From an uncultured Nitrososphaeraceae archaeon (GTDB lineage: Archaea > Thermoproteota > Nitrososphaeria > Nitrososphaerales > Nitrososphaeraceae): a DNA stretch of 64,000 bases. Positions within the stretch are counted from its first letter, which is position 1, and every line of letters starts with the position of its first letter. The notes below the pieces were generated by a model. The model had not been told where the DNA came from. It did not search any database and saw only the letters and a program-made list of their open reading frames with translations. Positions 35,194-46,176 of the stretch are shown here, piece after piece. Made by a program: the position numbers and the translations under genes. The stretch is from NCBI GenBank assembly GCA_963779615.1, contig CAVZZA010000003.1:928001-992000 (forward strand), written 5' to 3'.

Positions 35194-35394
35194 TTAGCTG
35201 TCATCATCAACTAAGGGCTGACTAGCATTTTCTGATTGCATATCTTTTAGAATACCATGTTTAAGATCAGAAACAATCTTATGTTTTTGTTGGTCGCTAC
35301 CTCCCGCGTGCGATTGCATAGGGATTATGCTTGTCCCTATTATTAATAACGATGTTATGGCTGCCACCAGTAATAAATTTTTTGTATTGTTCAT
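35194..35394 (-). CDS. Short secreted protein, probably truncated
   Basis: Signal peptide 'MNNTKNLLLVAAITSLLIIGTSIIPMQSHA'. Confidence 0.55.
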   Translation of the reverse strand: MNNTKNLLLVAAITSLLIIGTSIIPMQSHAGGSDQQKHKIVSDLKHGILKDMQSENASQPLVDDDS

Positions 35395-35961
35395 ATCTGA
35401 AATTAAGATACATTTATTGATATAATTGAGGTTTGTGATTGTTGATGCGTAAAGTTTTTTGGAAATTTATTAACCTGAAAAGAATAATGCGATATCTATA
35501 TTAATAATGTAAAGATGAATATTTAGTATAAGATCATATTGTATTTTCTATAATCAATTAATACCTTTAATGGTAATAATAGATACTATGATAACTTGTA
35601 CTTTTTTTTATGGTGATGGAAATATATCATCAATTTGTACGTATATTCACCACTAACTGCAAACCATGGGTCACCCATAGGATCGTGTAAACCTGCAAAT
35701 ACATCGGACATCTTTGCTGGCCACTTCCGTTAAAGCATGAGAATAAAGTCTTTGAATTTCTTTTGCAATCCCAATGGAGGCCCATTTCGTCTTGTGTTTT
35801 TAAGCAAGGTGTTTTCACTCAAATATTATTGCAAACCATTCTTTCCGGCCATCTTTCCCACTTTCATGGTGCCATTAAATAGTTTGACAAAATAATTCTC
35901 CTCTTTTTTACCGGGATCATAATCAAGGTCCATCGTTTTTTTTCGTACAACAATTGAAATA

Positions 35962-36282
35962 CTAGGTAATTTGCTCTATAATCCAATCTCTAAATTTCCT
36001 TATAGCAAACTCTTCGGATTGCTTAATGAAATGAGTGTCTTTTAATTTCCATTCTGCCTCAGGAATAGAATCAAAAAACTCTTGCATGCACAGTATAAAC
36101 CGAAAACGCAGATTTCTGTTATTCTCATCTATTCCATAACGAAACAAAATTTTTGAAATGGTTTCAAAAACCTTATCATAGTCTCGCTTAAAGGCAGGAA
36201 TCTCAAATGTTTCATATAGAATAGTGGTTATTTTGCCCAGGTCTCGTTGAATGGTGGGAAAGCAATAATTGTCGTTATTCAA
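35962..36282 (-). CDS. Hypothetical protein
   Basis: ORF 2 nt from the upstream ORF 36285-36614. Confidence 0.5.
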   Translation of the reverse strand: MNNDNYCFPTIQRDLGKITTILYETFEIPAFKRDYDKVFETISKILFRYGIDENNRNLRFRFILCMQEFFDSIPEAEWKLKDTHFIKQSEEFAIRKFRDWIIEQIT

Positions 36283-36284
36283 TT

Positions 36285-36614
36285 TTATTTTTTTTCCATA
36301 TTAATGATCTTTTGATACAATTGACGGATAAACTCTAGTAAGATCTCATGCGATTCCTGATCGTTTTTTCTCATAAAGTAACAAAGATCTTCTGCGGATG
36401 CATGATGGTCTCCTCCCATATTTTTTGCTGTCTCTAGTGGGATCATGGAAACAAGTAATTTCCGTAAAGCAATATCTGACCCATAGTTTATACTGTCTGA
36501 ATGTGACTCAGAGAGGGTATTTTTAAAATTGGAGTATATGCATTTGTCCTTTGCTTTCCTATTTTCAATTGCAAATACAGTTCCCATCATTCTTTTCATG
36601 CATATATACTCCAC
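36285..36614 (-). CDS. Hypothetical protein (may be the 3' part of a broken gene)
   Basis: ORF with coding-like sequence continuing upstream in another frame. Confidence 0.45.
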   Translation of the reverse strand: MEYICMKRMMGTVFAIENRKAKDKCIYSNFKNTLSESHSDSINYGSDIALRKLLVSMIPLETAKNMGGDHHASAEDLCYFMRKNDQESHEILLEFIRQLYQKIINMEKK

Positions 36615-37562
36615 ATAGCAATAAAAGAATCATCTTAATCAGGATCTGCAAACAAGACTTTTGATATTAAATCTTGATGCATCTTGTTCGCTTATTCCCA
36701 TTTCTTTAGATAAAGTAGATAACACGTGCGAGACTGCACACCCATTTTCTTTTACTTCCAGAGGGTTTTCCTGCGCATCAATGATATGCTTTAGAAATTA
36801 TTTTTTGGGCAACTTCTTTGCTCTTCCCAAATGGCATTTTTAGTACATTGTTTAAAAAATAAGCCATTGCATTAATCCCAATTCAGATAAAGAATTCGTA
36901 TTTTGGACCAGAAAGATTCTGGCCCAAATTAAACTTAAATAATCTCATTTTGCAAAAATCAAGAAATATGTATTTCAGTATTGATGCAATCACAATCAAC
37001 CTTCTTTAATTGTAGGTTCAAGTTTATCAATTCGGATTTGACATGCAATCAGAAATTGGTGATGGTGGTGATGAGGTCGCTTTATTGGTAAACTATTTAC
37101 CAAAGGTAATTGGTAAAGAGATAAGAATAGGCATTCAAGGCATTAAGCAATTGCATCTGTTGGTCATCCAACATACAGAAAAGGCAATGGATGGCTGTGG
37201 AATACTTGATTGTCCATTGGAAGAATATCCTGTGGTGAAAATTAAAATGCACTAGCCATATGTCATATTGATGCATATTCAAAAGGCCTAGTCTTGTATT
37301 TGGGTAGGACCATAGCGAAGGCAGGATTGCAGTAATTTTTAAGGACTAAAGCCAAAGTTATGGACAAAAGGAGAATAATGTTCTCTTTTATGAATAAGTA
37401 TTAAGAAGATGTAAATGACTAGGACATGGTATTGGATCAGGCCCTTGAAGATAACGCATGTTTTATGCATTTAGTAATTCATCATCTTACAGATATCAAA
37501 ACCAATGATTTTTGAAAAAAATACAAAATTACTTATTTAGAAAAATTATAGTGTGCCCACAT

Positions 37563-37622
37563 TAACCATATGCTTAAGGATAACCATATGCTTAAGGATA
37601 ACCATATGCTTAAGGATAACCA
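37563..37622. repeat. Perfect 18-bp intergenic tandem repeat x3.3
   Basis: TAACCATATGCTTAAGGA at 37563, 37581 and 37599, plus TAACCA. Confidence 0.95.
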
Positions 37623-37641
37623 GCAAGAGAATAACCTTTAG

Positions 37642-37902
37642 ATGAAATACTGCTGCAATAAACTTGGTATGGTATTTACATCAGTTATGAAACCTTTCCA
37701 TATCAAAAGAGGAATATGCATACTTGAAGCAAAGATTATTGATCCTGATTTTAGTGAACGCCATGCCTTTAAAAGAAAAGATGGAAATATTGTAAAAAGA
37801 ACAGATAAGGAGTTAAGATTGACAATAACTCATTGTCCTTATTGTGGAACTCCTTTGAGGTTCCTATTTCAAGATCACGTTGAAAGTAATGAAGTAAGTT
37901 GA
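37642..37902 (+). CDS. Small putative zinc-binding protein
   Basis: N-terminal KYCC and C-terminal HCPYCG. Confidence 0.65.
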   Translation: MKYCCNKLGMVFTSVMKPFHIKRGICILEAKIIDPDFSERHAFKRKDGNIVKRTDKELRLTITHCPYCGTPLRFLFQDHVESNEVS

Positions 37903-39210
37903 TTGCCGGGAAATTTGTATACGGGCACTTTTTATCATTAGTAGGATTTTAAGAATCCTGATGATGCACGGTTTTGAAGTCCATGCCATATCCTATTGAA
38001 GAACCTTTTTTTTGATATCCTATGGAGTAATTTGAAAAATGGATTCAATAGTTAACATGCTATTACCCTCATATGGCGACCAAATAGGTGAAGCACGGAA
38101 GACAAACCTTGGTTGTTGTTGGGTTTTTCCAATGACCCCATCTGCGATAATGGTATGATTAAGCACGTAGAACAATGCTATGCTGATAACAAATTAAAAT
38201 TCAGGTAAGCAAAAGATACCCCATAACAGTAGAAACTTGGTCATTTTGGTCAATAAAACGGTCAATACGGTCAAATAATCAGCCATATTTAAGGCGCTTA
38301 GGGAGTAGGAGATAATTGTGATTCTATAGGCAATGGGCAAAAGCGGCAGCAAATGTCTGAGCTGAGATTATTTAAACCTGCAAGGCTCCAAAGGTTTTGC
38401 GAGTTGTGTAGTTGTGTGATGATAGTCCGAATGTAAAGCACTTTATTGTCATGTTGCTTTCTTGAATGCTTTTGGAAGTCACAACACACAACTTTACAAA
38501 TTCACTAGGAGAGCCTCTAAAAAAGCGCTCGCGTGAACAGATTGTCAAACACATTATATGAGATCGGTCATGGACGAGGCCATTACGCTTCCATCTATAG
38601 CAGCGGGATTGGATAAAAATATGATTAAGGATAATGCAAAAATGGTTGGATGGATGGCGGGTCCAATAAAACCATTTGATATAGGCGTTAGTTCTGTGAA
38701 GGACGATTTAAAGAATGAAATACTCCTGAAATCAGGTATGATATTCCCTATAAAGATTTGATGGAAGACAATGTTGATTGGATAAAAAAATGCACCTGAA
38801 ATCTCCCAGGAATGCAAGTTAGTCAACTGGAATTCAAGTTATTCCATCAAATTCTTCTTGGAATTCTAACTGAACACGTGTTATTTCTGCATGGCAATTG
38901 TAATTTTGATTGCAATCCTGAACTTGACTTTTGTGGCAACGAATGGGGGATTTTCGTATTTAGTGCAATTGGATACGATATTGGGTATAACCTGATACGA
39001 ATAAAATGATGGTCTGCCAAGTTTATTCCCATGCAATTTTATGGAACCATTTTACACAATGCGATTCATCAATTGCAAACTCATGACCTATTAAGTTATT
39101 TTGCAATATGGGTATTCGAATACGGCCCATTGTTGACCTTTGATATGCGTAACGGTCATACTACTGACCCACTTTCATATCTTTATATTTTTCAAATTAT
39201 GTTGTTCATC

Positions 39211-39756
39211 ATGAATAAAGCAGGTTTGACGAACTCTGATGAAGGAAAACAACAGGGTGTGCAAAAAATAATCCCGTTTCTGTGGTTTGATAAACAGGCA
39301 GAAGAGGCAGCAAAGTTTTATGTCTCAATTTTTAAAAACGCAAGAATTGGAGAAGTAACCCTATATGGAAAAGAAGGATATGATGTTCACGGTATGAAAG
39401 AGGGAACTGTAATGACAGTGGATTTTGAGATCGAGGGGCAGAAGTTTGTGGCTCTCAATGGTGGTCCGGTATTCAAATTCAACGAAGCCATTTCATTCCA
39501 GGTGCTTTGTGAAACCCAGGAGGATGTGGACTACTACTGGGAGAAGCTTTCTGAGGGCGGTGACAGAAAGGCACAGCAGTGTGGTTGGCTAAAGGACAGA
39601 TACGGCGTGTCATGGCAAATCGTACCCCAGGTGTTGGTTAAGATGATACAGGATAAAGACACCAAAAAATCACAAAAGGCCGTAAAGGCAATGCTCCAAA
39701 TGCAAAAGATTGACATAAAGACATTGCTTCAAGCCTATGAGGAACATGACCATTAG
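39211..39756 (+). CDS. VOC / PhnB-like (3-demethylubiquinone-9 methyltransferase family) protein
   Basis: 'QKIIPFLWFD..AEEAAKFY', 'ALNGGPVFKFNEAISF', 'CGWLKDRYGVSWQIVP'. Start moved to ATG 39211 from the ORF-track 39031. Confidence 0.92.
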   Translation: MNKAGLTNSDEGKQQGVQKIIPFLWFDKQAEEAAKFYVSIFKNARIGEVTLYGKEGYDVHGMKEGTVMTVDFEIEGQKFVALNGGPVFKFNEAISFQVLCETQEDVDYYWEKLSEGGDRKAQQCGWLKDRYGVSWQIVPQVLVKMIQDKDTKKSQKAVKAMLQMQKIDIKTLLQAYEEHDH

Positions 39757-40616
39757 AGAAATAGTTACAACTCTATTTACACATTAATTGCCTTATGTAA
39801 TTCTGGTTGTTATCAGTGGGGATTGTTTCCTGTGGTGATGGGGTCCCGTTACAAAACCAGGCACTCATTAAGGGATTTTACTTCCCTATCAGTCCAATAC
39901 ATACAAGGATGCAGTCAAACCGCGATGTGGTTAGATCATAACAGCCTTAAATTTAAAATGCAAATAATCAATAAAAAAGGTTGAATGTATAACAAATATT
40001 GGCCATTTGCATGTTCCTTGTTCCCTAACTGATTGCTGTTGTAACAATCGGCTTGCTCATTTTTGCAGTCAATATTTGAGTTACTTGCTATAATGTGAAT
40101 CTTAAATATCTGAGTTTGCTAGGTTGACTCTGCTACATTATCCTGTTCAATTATTCGGCATCTGCCGTTTTTTATCGAGATCAGGAGACCAAATTGTCGA
40201 CTATCTTGTCATGTCGTTCTTAAAAACAACATTGAACCATTCCCGTCGTATAATTTATGGACTGAGCGGGGATTGGATCCTTTACACTCAGAAATGATAT
40301 TGGATATGGGTAGTTACAATGAATCTTGCAATCAAATAATAAATGACAGATTCTGAATTCTCAATAACACATAGTTTGAAATAATTACATAACCATAAAA
40401 AATCCCACTATTAGTCATTTGAATAAATTCATGATTTAGCAGTTAAATCCATTTACTAAACTTCTATACAAAAAAACAATCATAATATTTCAACAATTGA
40501 GATAATCCATCCGGTAATGTTTTAGAACCGGAGAATGAATGCTTGTTACTTCCTGTCATATAGCTATTATTTTTTTTATGGAGATCCTTATAAATAACAA
40601 AAATATTTCACAAACA

Positions 40617-41567
40617 ATGACAAAAAAACTACATTTGATAGTAATGTCTTGTTTGTTTCTGCTAACCGGAGTTTCTGCAATAACTATCATTTCCGTTCCC
40701 ACCACAAACACATTTTCCCTAGTGCATGAAAACCAAAATAGCGATATGCCATTTACCAATAATGCAACCAAATCACAATTAAATGTTATTGCAAACTCTA
40801 CATTTTTAAAGCAACTAGGGCTTTATACTCTTTCTCAACATTTGAGCAATACGGTATCGAACCTTATGGCTATTGCAGAGGCATCAATGAACGGATCTAA
40901 TTCTTTTGGAAAATTGCCTCAGGTAAATGTTACAAGTGAAATGAAAATAAAGTATCATGGAATACCTAGTAACCAAGATCTAGAAAAGAGAATTGAAGCT
41001 AGAGATTTATTATCCAATAACAGGGCTTTGTTATATGTAGGTTTACTTCTACCAAATGGGGATCGCTATTTTGGTGAGCCATATTCCCCATATCAGACTA
41101 ATAGCTCTATAGCCAATTTTGCATATAGGGATCACTTTATTGGTGCACTAGAAACTAAACAGCCATACCTAAGTAATGTAATAAATGCGGTATCCACAGG
41201 TAAACCGCTTGCAATACTCGCTAACCCAATTTATTCAGATGCAAAAAACCATAACTCACTGATAGGATTACAAGTGTTGGGATTGGACTTTACCTACTTC
41301 AATGACTTGATAAAATCAACAATGCCAACAGAGGAGGGTGATAAGAGGGCAGTAATAGTAGACAATAACGGAACAGAAATAGCTGACTCCTCATCTGACA
41401 ACAATAATATGGAATCATTCAAGAAACTCCAAAGCTTTCAAAATGCGAGAAATGGTGAATCAGGGTTATTGACAGAGGAGGTAAATGGTAAAAACACGTC
41501 CATCTCTTATACCCCGATAAAGTTTGCTCAAACAAATTGGATAGTGTTGTTGTTGTCATCCAAGTAA
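40617..41567 (+). CDS. Secreted or membrane-anchored stand-alone Cache-domain protein
   Basis: 'NFAYRDHFIGA..PYLS..AVSTGKP', 'VIVDNNGTEIADS', 'ISYTPI..TNWIVLL'. TATA CTTATAAA ~28 nt before ATG 40617. Confidence 0.8.
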   Translation: MTKKLHLIVMSCLFLLTGVSAITIISVPTTNTFSLVHENQNSDMPFTNNATKSQLNVIANSTFLKQLGLYTLSQHLSNTVSNLMAIAEASMNGSNSFGKLPQVNVTSEMKIKYHGIPSNQDLEKRIEARDLLSNNRALLYVGLLLPNGDRYFGEPYSPYQTNSSIANFAYRDHFIGALETKQPYLSNVINAVSTGKPLAILANPIYSDAKNHNSLIGLQVLGLDFTYFNDLIKSTMPTEEGDKRAVIVDNNGTEIADSSSDNNNMESFKKLQSFQNARNGESGLLTEEVNGKNTSISYTPIKFAQTNWIVLLLSSK

Positions 41568-42190
41568 CCCATATTTATGACTATAATCAAACAAATCATT
41601 TTCACTATCAGCAAAATACCCGAAAAACAGAACTGCAAAATTCGGTCCCTTCAAAAAAAGACCTTTAGCGGTCCGGCTTTATACTGGCGTACATTAAACC
41701 CAATCATAGCGACAAAAAAATCACTTTGCTATGGCATCTCAAAAAGTTAAAGAAGCATGCAAAACTTATGGTATGGGTCTTTTTAGGGCATAAATGCCAG
41801 TAACCTACAGTTTAAATAATAAAAAAATAGATAGATAATAACAAAAATATACAGTCAAAGCATCCTATATAAAATAAATTTAGTTTTATTTTGATAATCC
41901 CGGCATTTCTCCTTGAACTAAACTATAGCATTATTTATTGAGAGGCAATTAGATTTATTCAATAGGGATTGACAGTATGAAATGAATCAGTCATCTCATT
42001 CACAATGGGCAAGTATGACCCACGGGTGCTCAAGGCATTATGAATTTAATTCATATAATATTTAAGGTGATGTGTTCTATCACTACTTGGAGAGTATTCT
42101 TTTATTGACATGCATATAACAAAAAAAATTGAAGTGTTACCGTTATTTTTTATTATTTGTGTTTTCTTCACACAATAAAGATATTTGTTT

Positions 42191-43039
42191 TCAAGATGGT
42201 AATGAGGTGGAATTCACGGTATTGGATGATGTGGGTTTAGCTGTAAGGACAATTATATCGCCGAATGTCTGTCCATTATCTTGGCTAATTCTCATTAGAG
42301 GTGTATCTGACCCGCCTGTTCCTTTGTCCCACCATGTAACATATACACCATCCCCTAACGCCTCTATTTCGGTGCGCTCTGATGAAAATCCTTTTGACTC
42401 ACTTAGGTTGATATCTTTACCAAATGTTTTTCCACCATCGTTTGATGTCCTTATGAATACATCAGGCGTGTATGTTGTATCATTCAAATTACCTCCAGTT
42501 GCTACAACATATACTTTATCGCCCTGGGCTGCAACCTTGAGTTCATATGGCGATGTTTTATTCTTACCATACGACATGACTTCGGATGCGGGTGTTGCAA
42601 TAGCAGAGTTGGAATCATCAGTTAATTTTACTTCAGGCCCAAAGGTTTTTCCATTATCATTAGATACTCGAATGTAAGCATCAGCAATTCCTGTTTTATT
42701 GTCTGCATAGGTAACATATACGTTGTTACCTGATGCGGATATATCTGCCTCAACGGAGGTTCCATTTGTAGAGTTACTCAGGTTGATCTTGTCACCAAAA
42801 TTCTGTCCATTATCATTGGAGGCTTTGAACATCACCTCATAATTTCCAGTTTTATTTCCCCACCATGCAACATATACATTGTTACCCGATGTGGCGATGG
42901 GGGCTTTTCCATCACTCCTGTCAAGATGCGGCCAAGAAAATGCATACGATGATTGAACAGGCATTAGCGTTGTAGCAGAAGTTAGTATTGTCAGAAAGCA
43001 TAGAGATAAAATTATTTCTACCTTGAGTTTAATTTTCAT
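42191..43039 (-). CDS. Secreted Asp-box (BNR/sialidase-like) repeat protein
   Basis: Signal peptide and four SxDxGxTF-type boxes (SNDNGQNF, SNDNGKTF, SNDGGKTF, SQDNGQTF). Confidence 0.85.
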   Translation of the reverse strand: MKIKLKVEIILSLCFLTILTSATTLMPVQSSYAFSWPHLDRSDGKAPIATSGNNVYVAWWGNKTGNYEVMFKASNDNGQNFGDKINLSNSTNGTSVEADISASGNNVYVTYADNKTGIADAYIRVSNDNGKTFGPEVKLTDDSNSAIATPASEVMSYGKNKTSPYELKVAAQGDKVYVVATGGNLNDTTYTPDVFIRTSNDGGKTFGKDINLSESKGFSSERTEIEALGDGVYVTWWDKGTGGSDTPLMRISQDNGQTFGDIIVLTAKPTSSNTVNSTSLPS

Positions 43040-43347
43040 TGATAATTCTATAAATCGGTATTATAAAAACAAATATTGATAAAAATACAATTTAAAATTC
43101 AATTTTTTTATATAAATCAAGATACAAATTGGCTTTATATTTGGAATGTCAAATACGTCTTTATCATACTCTTCAATTAAAGCCTAATTTCAGTACATTA
43201 TAAACCAGAGTTTGAAAACATTATAATAACTTTAAATTCCCTAATTGATGACTTTTTTATAGTTTTATGAGACACAATACATATTATCGAAAAGTTTGTA
43301 ATAATTTTATAAATTAATAACAATAATAATAATAATTGTAATTTTTA

Positions 43348-43390
43348 TACTGGCCGGGTCGTTTGAAGGCCATTTATGCCTCTAATCCAT
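43348..43390 (+). repeat. att-like dispersed motif, copy A
   Basis: TACTGGCCGG-GTCGTTT-GAAGGCCATT-TATGCCTCTAATCC, 29/35 identical to copy C. Confidence 0.7.
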
Positions 43391-43524
43391 ATTCAATCTA
43401 TACAAACATTACAGGATTTGGATTTACTTAATCAAATGTGTTTTTGATCGGAAAAAAATTAAAGTTATTGGTAACTGAAATAGTATTGCATTTGACTGCA
43501 TCTGGATGAAATAAAAAGTTGGAG

Positions 43525-44330
43525 TTATTGCATTCTACAACTGTCATCCCATCATGGTAAACTGTTCTAAGGAGTTGCGAGGTCGTTACTCCTTACAAAT
43601 TCTGCTTCATATACAATAATCCATCTTCGTCAAGTATTGCAAGCGGTTTACTTATGTCCAGAATTGTTGGACGTGCCCTTTGATTGTCTACAAATAATTC
43701 CATAAATCCTTTTTGCGGTTCTTTTGACCATTTGACATGCAACTGCATTTCGTGCCAGTGCCCCTTTAGCATAGGTGCAATCCATTTGATCGTGCAATCT
43801 ACAGCAGAGGAGAACAAATGTCAGGTTCATGATAATGAAAATGGCTTAATACACGGTGAGAAATTGGATTATTGTCACCGTAAATGCAACAGCAGGCGTA
43901 CAACCCTCATGCGGAGGGCCTGCAATCTGGAGGAATAAACAACACCATCTTGATCATGTTGATGCCACCGGATCCAAACGTAAAATCTACCAGAACTATC
44001 GTAATTTGAGGAAAACAGAGTAACCAATGGACCATACATCATCACCGTCCTTGAAATGGTGGTCTGTATGATCTTGAAGGGCTTTTGTAAGAACTACTTC
44101 GGATCTTACCACTTTTATCCCTCTTGTATTTGGATCTGGCTTATCAACTATGGTTGTTCCATCGGGATTTGTTGCAAATATCTCTTTTTTAACTGTACGT
44201 TTAAAGATTTAGTGTGGCAGGGCGGTTTGTATCCAGTTTAATCAAGATTCACGGTGAGTAGCCTGTATCAACAGATGAAGGCACCTGGCATCCCCAAGTG
44301 CGCAGGTTCTGAAAGGCAGACCATCATCTT
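43525..44330 (-). pseudogene. Polysaccharide-lyase-like (heparin lyase I fold) pseudogene
   Basis: 'RSEVVL..FKDGDDVW', 'WIRWHQ', 'KGHWHEMQLHVKWSKEPQKGFMELFVD', 'LYMKQNL', 'VYHDGMTV' across frameshifts. Boundaries are approximate. Confidence 0.65.
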
Positions 44331-44793
44331 CGTTCTCTTTTTAAGAAAAGCATCATTGAGAGGGCTATTCAATACTCGAAGGATAGCAGCAGAACTGAAA
44401 GATTTGATGACTGTTTTGAATGTTTTCCATGCAAAAAGAAGAAATGCAGACTAGAGCATGTCACAAATTGGTTGCATTTTTTTTCTAGACTATCATAACA
44501 GGGAATTGAAAACGCTTAGGCGAACAGAGCCTATATTCCCAACTTTTAACACAGTAGATTCTGTTTTTGATACAACGGAAATTAATTTGTTAGTGATTTT
44601 GTTTTTATCATATTGCTATGAGCCTACTAAGATGGGCCGCCTATTGTAATCATTATGCATAAGTATGTGGTAACAAGTGGCGGAATATAGAACTTAGACA
44701 CAATACGACCATCGATATGGATAAGGATGAAATTATAATTGTTATAGACAATAATAGAAATAGTATTAAATATTATCAAAAAAATAACATGTA

Positions 44794-45735
44794 TTGGATA
44801 ATAAAGATAAAGAATCCACAAACAACATGCCAAATCTTAAAGATAGTACATCATCTCCTGAAAAATCAGAGTATGGTTTAATGTTAAACAAATTGTGCAA
44901 TATTGAAGATTGGGATAATGCAGAAATTAAAAAACTAATAAAAAAATTACAAACTACAACTGTAGAATCATATCTTTGTCAAAAAGACTGGTCAATAATT
45001 AAAGGTAATATTTTTCTTCCTCGAAAACTTGGAGTTATCCACCGAAAAGATTGGGAATGGTCTATGGGAATACTAGCTATGCAAAGACTAAATAAATTAA
45101 ACAAAAACAATACTGCCTTAGGAATAGGAGTAGGACGGGAAGAAATTTTATTTCATTTAGCAAACAAATTGAAACATGTCTACGCTACTGATCTTTATGA
45201 TGGAAAACAGTGGGAAAACTTTGCACCATCTGACTTCCCAGAAAATCCCAAAAAATACTCCCCAATTGCATACTCAGAAAATTCTTTGACCGTGTTACGA
45301 ATGGATGGTACCCGTATAAATTTTCCCCCTCAAAGCTTTGACATTGCATTTTCGTTCTCATCGATAGAACATTTTAATGGTGAAAATCATACGGGTGCCC
45401 TTAAATGTTTAAGAGAAATGGAAAGGGTATTAAAAAAAGGGGGAATCGCCATAATAACAACTGAATTTATAATTAATGATAAAGATCATCATGAGTATTT
45501 TAATAGAGATACAATACATTCTCACCTAATAAATAAGCTAGATTCATTAAATCTAGTAGAGCCTCTCGATTTACGAATAACCTCAAAAACAATGGCTACA
45601 ACTATGGACTATTCCGATTGTGTTTATTGGGATACTTCAAGTGATGATTATTTCAAGGCTATGAATCCTCTAATAGTCATTAAACTTGGAGAAATAGTCT
45701 ATACGTCAGTAATGCTTGTTTTTCAAAAAAAATAA
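44794..45735 (+). CDS. Class I SAM-dependent methyltransferase
   Basis: 'HRKDWEW', 'LGIGVGRE', 'FDIAFSFSSIEHF', 'RVLKKGG'. Confidence 0.85.
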   Translation: MDNKDKESTNNMPNLKDSTSSPEKSEYGLMLNKLCNIEDWDNAEIKKLIKKLQTTTVESYLCQKDWSIIKGNIFLPRKLGVIHRKDWEWSMGILAMQRLNKLNKNNTALGIGVGREEILFHLANKLKHVYATDLYDGKQWENFAPSDFPENPKKYSPIAYSENSLTVLRMDGTRINFPPQSFDIAFSFSSIEHFNGENHTGALKCLREMERVLKKGGIAIITTEFIINDKDHHEYFNRDTIHSHLINKLDSLNLVEPLDLRITSKTMATTMDYSDCVYWDTSSDDYFKAMNPLIVIKLGEIVYTSVMLVFQKK

Positions 45736-46176
45736 CCCTTTCGAATGTTGTCCATCGGGAATACTTGAGGAATGCACATTCTGGCGTTTTTTGATTTTAT
45801 TAAATATTGTTTTATCATATGCATGAGACTAAAACATTTGAAATTATTCAATTTAGAATGCGCAAACTTGTCGTCCTTTAAGATTTTTAATGCTAATTAA
45901 TTAGGCTCTGAAGAAATATTTTATTTCGATTCAAAGATAGGTGAGTTAACGATGTAATAGGAGCTATCCAGAATTGCCTGTCATTTAAATTGAAAGGACA
46001 GAGTCAAAGAAATTTCCGTTAATATATCAAGACAAAACTTTCTATGCCCCAGATGATATTGCAAAGGGTATCAAGAGAAATGAGGATGAAAAGGATCCGC
46101 ATCCAGAAAATTTTCATGTTTAAAATGGGTTATTACCCCATGGTTATACAGCAATTGTTTTGCAATTTTGATATTT

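Noticed and set aside
37563-37622. Possible CRISPR array (also 34328-34396)
   Set aside because: The repeats are contiguous with no spacers, and there are no cas genes.
38298-39032. Cluster of short overlapping ORFs
   Set aside because: Probably a decayed gene, but no family could be recognised in any frame.
39031-39210. N-terminal extension of the VOC ORF
   Set aside because: It lies outside the family domain, and a better ATG exists at 39211.
42129-42677. Long antisense ORFs (also 13906-14224, 17104-19498 minus, 49374-50198 plus, 53094-53774 plus, 55640-56551 plus, 63145-63629 minus)
   Set aside because: They are shadows of better-supported genes on the opposite strand.
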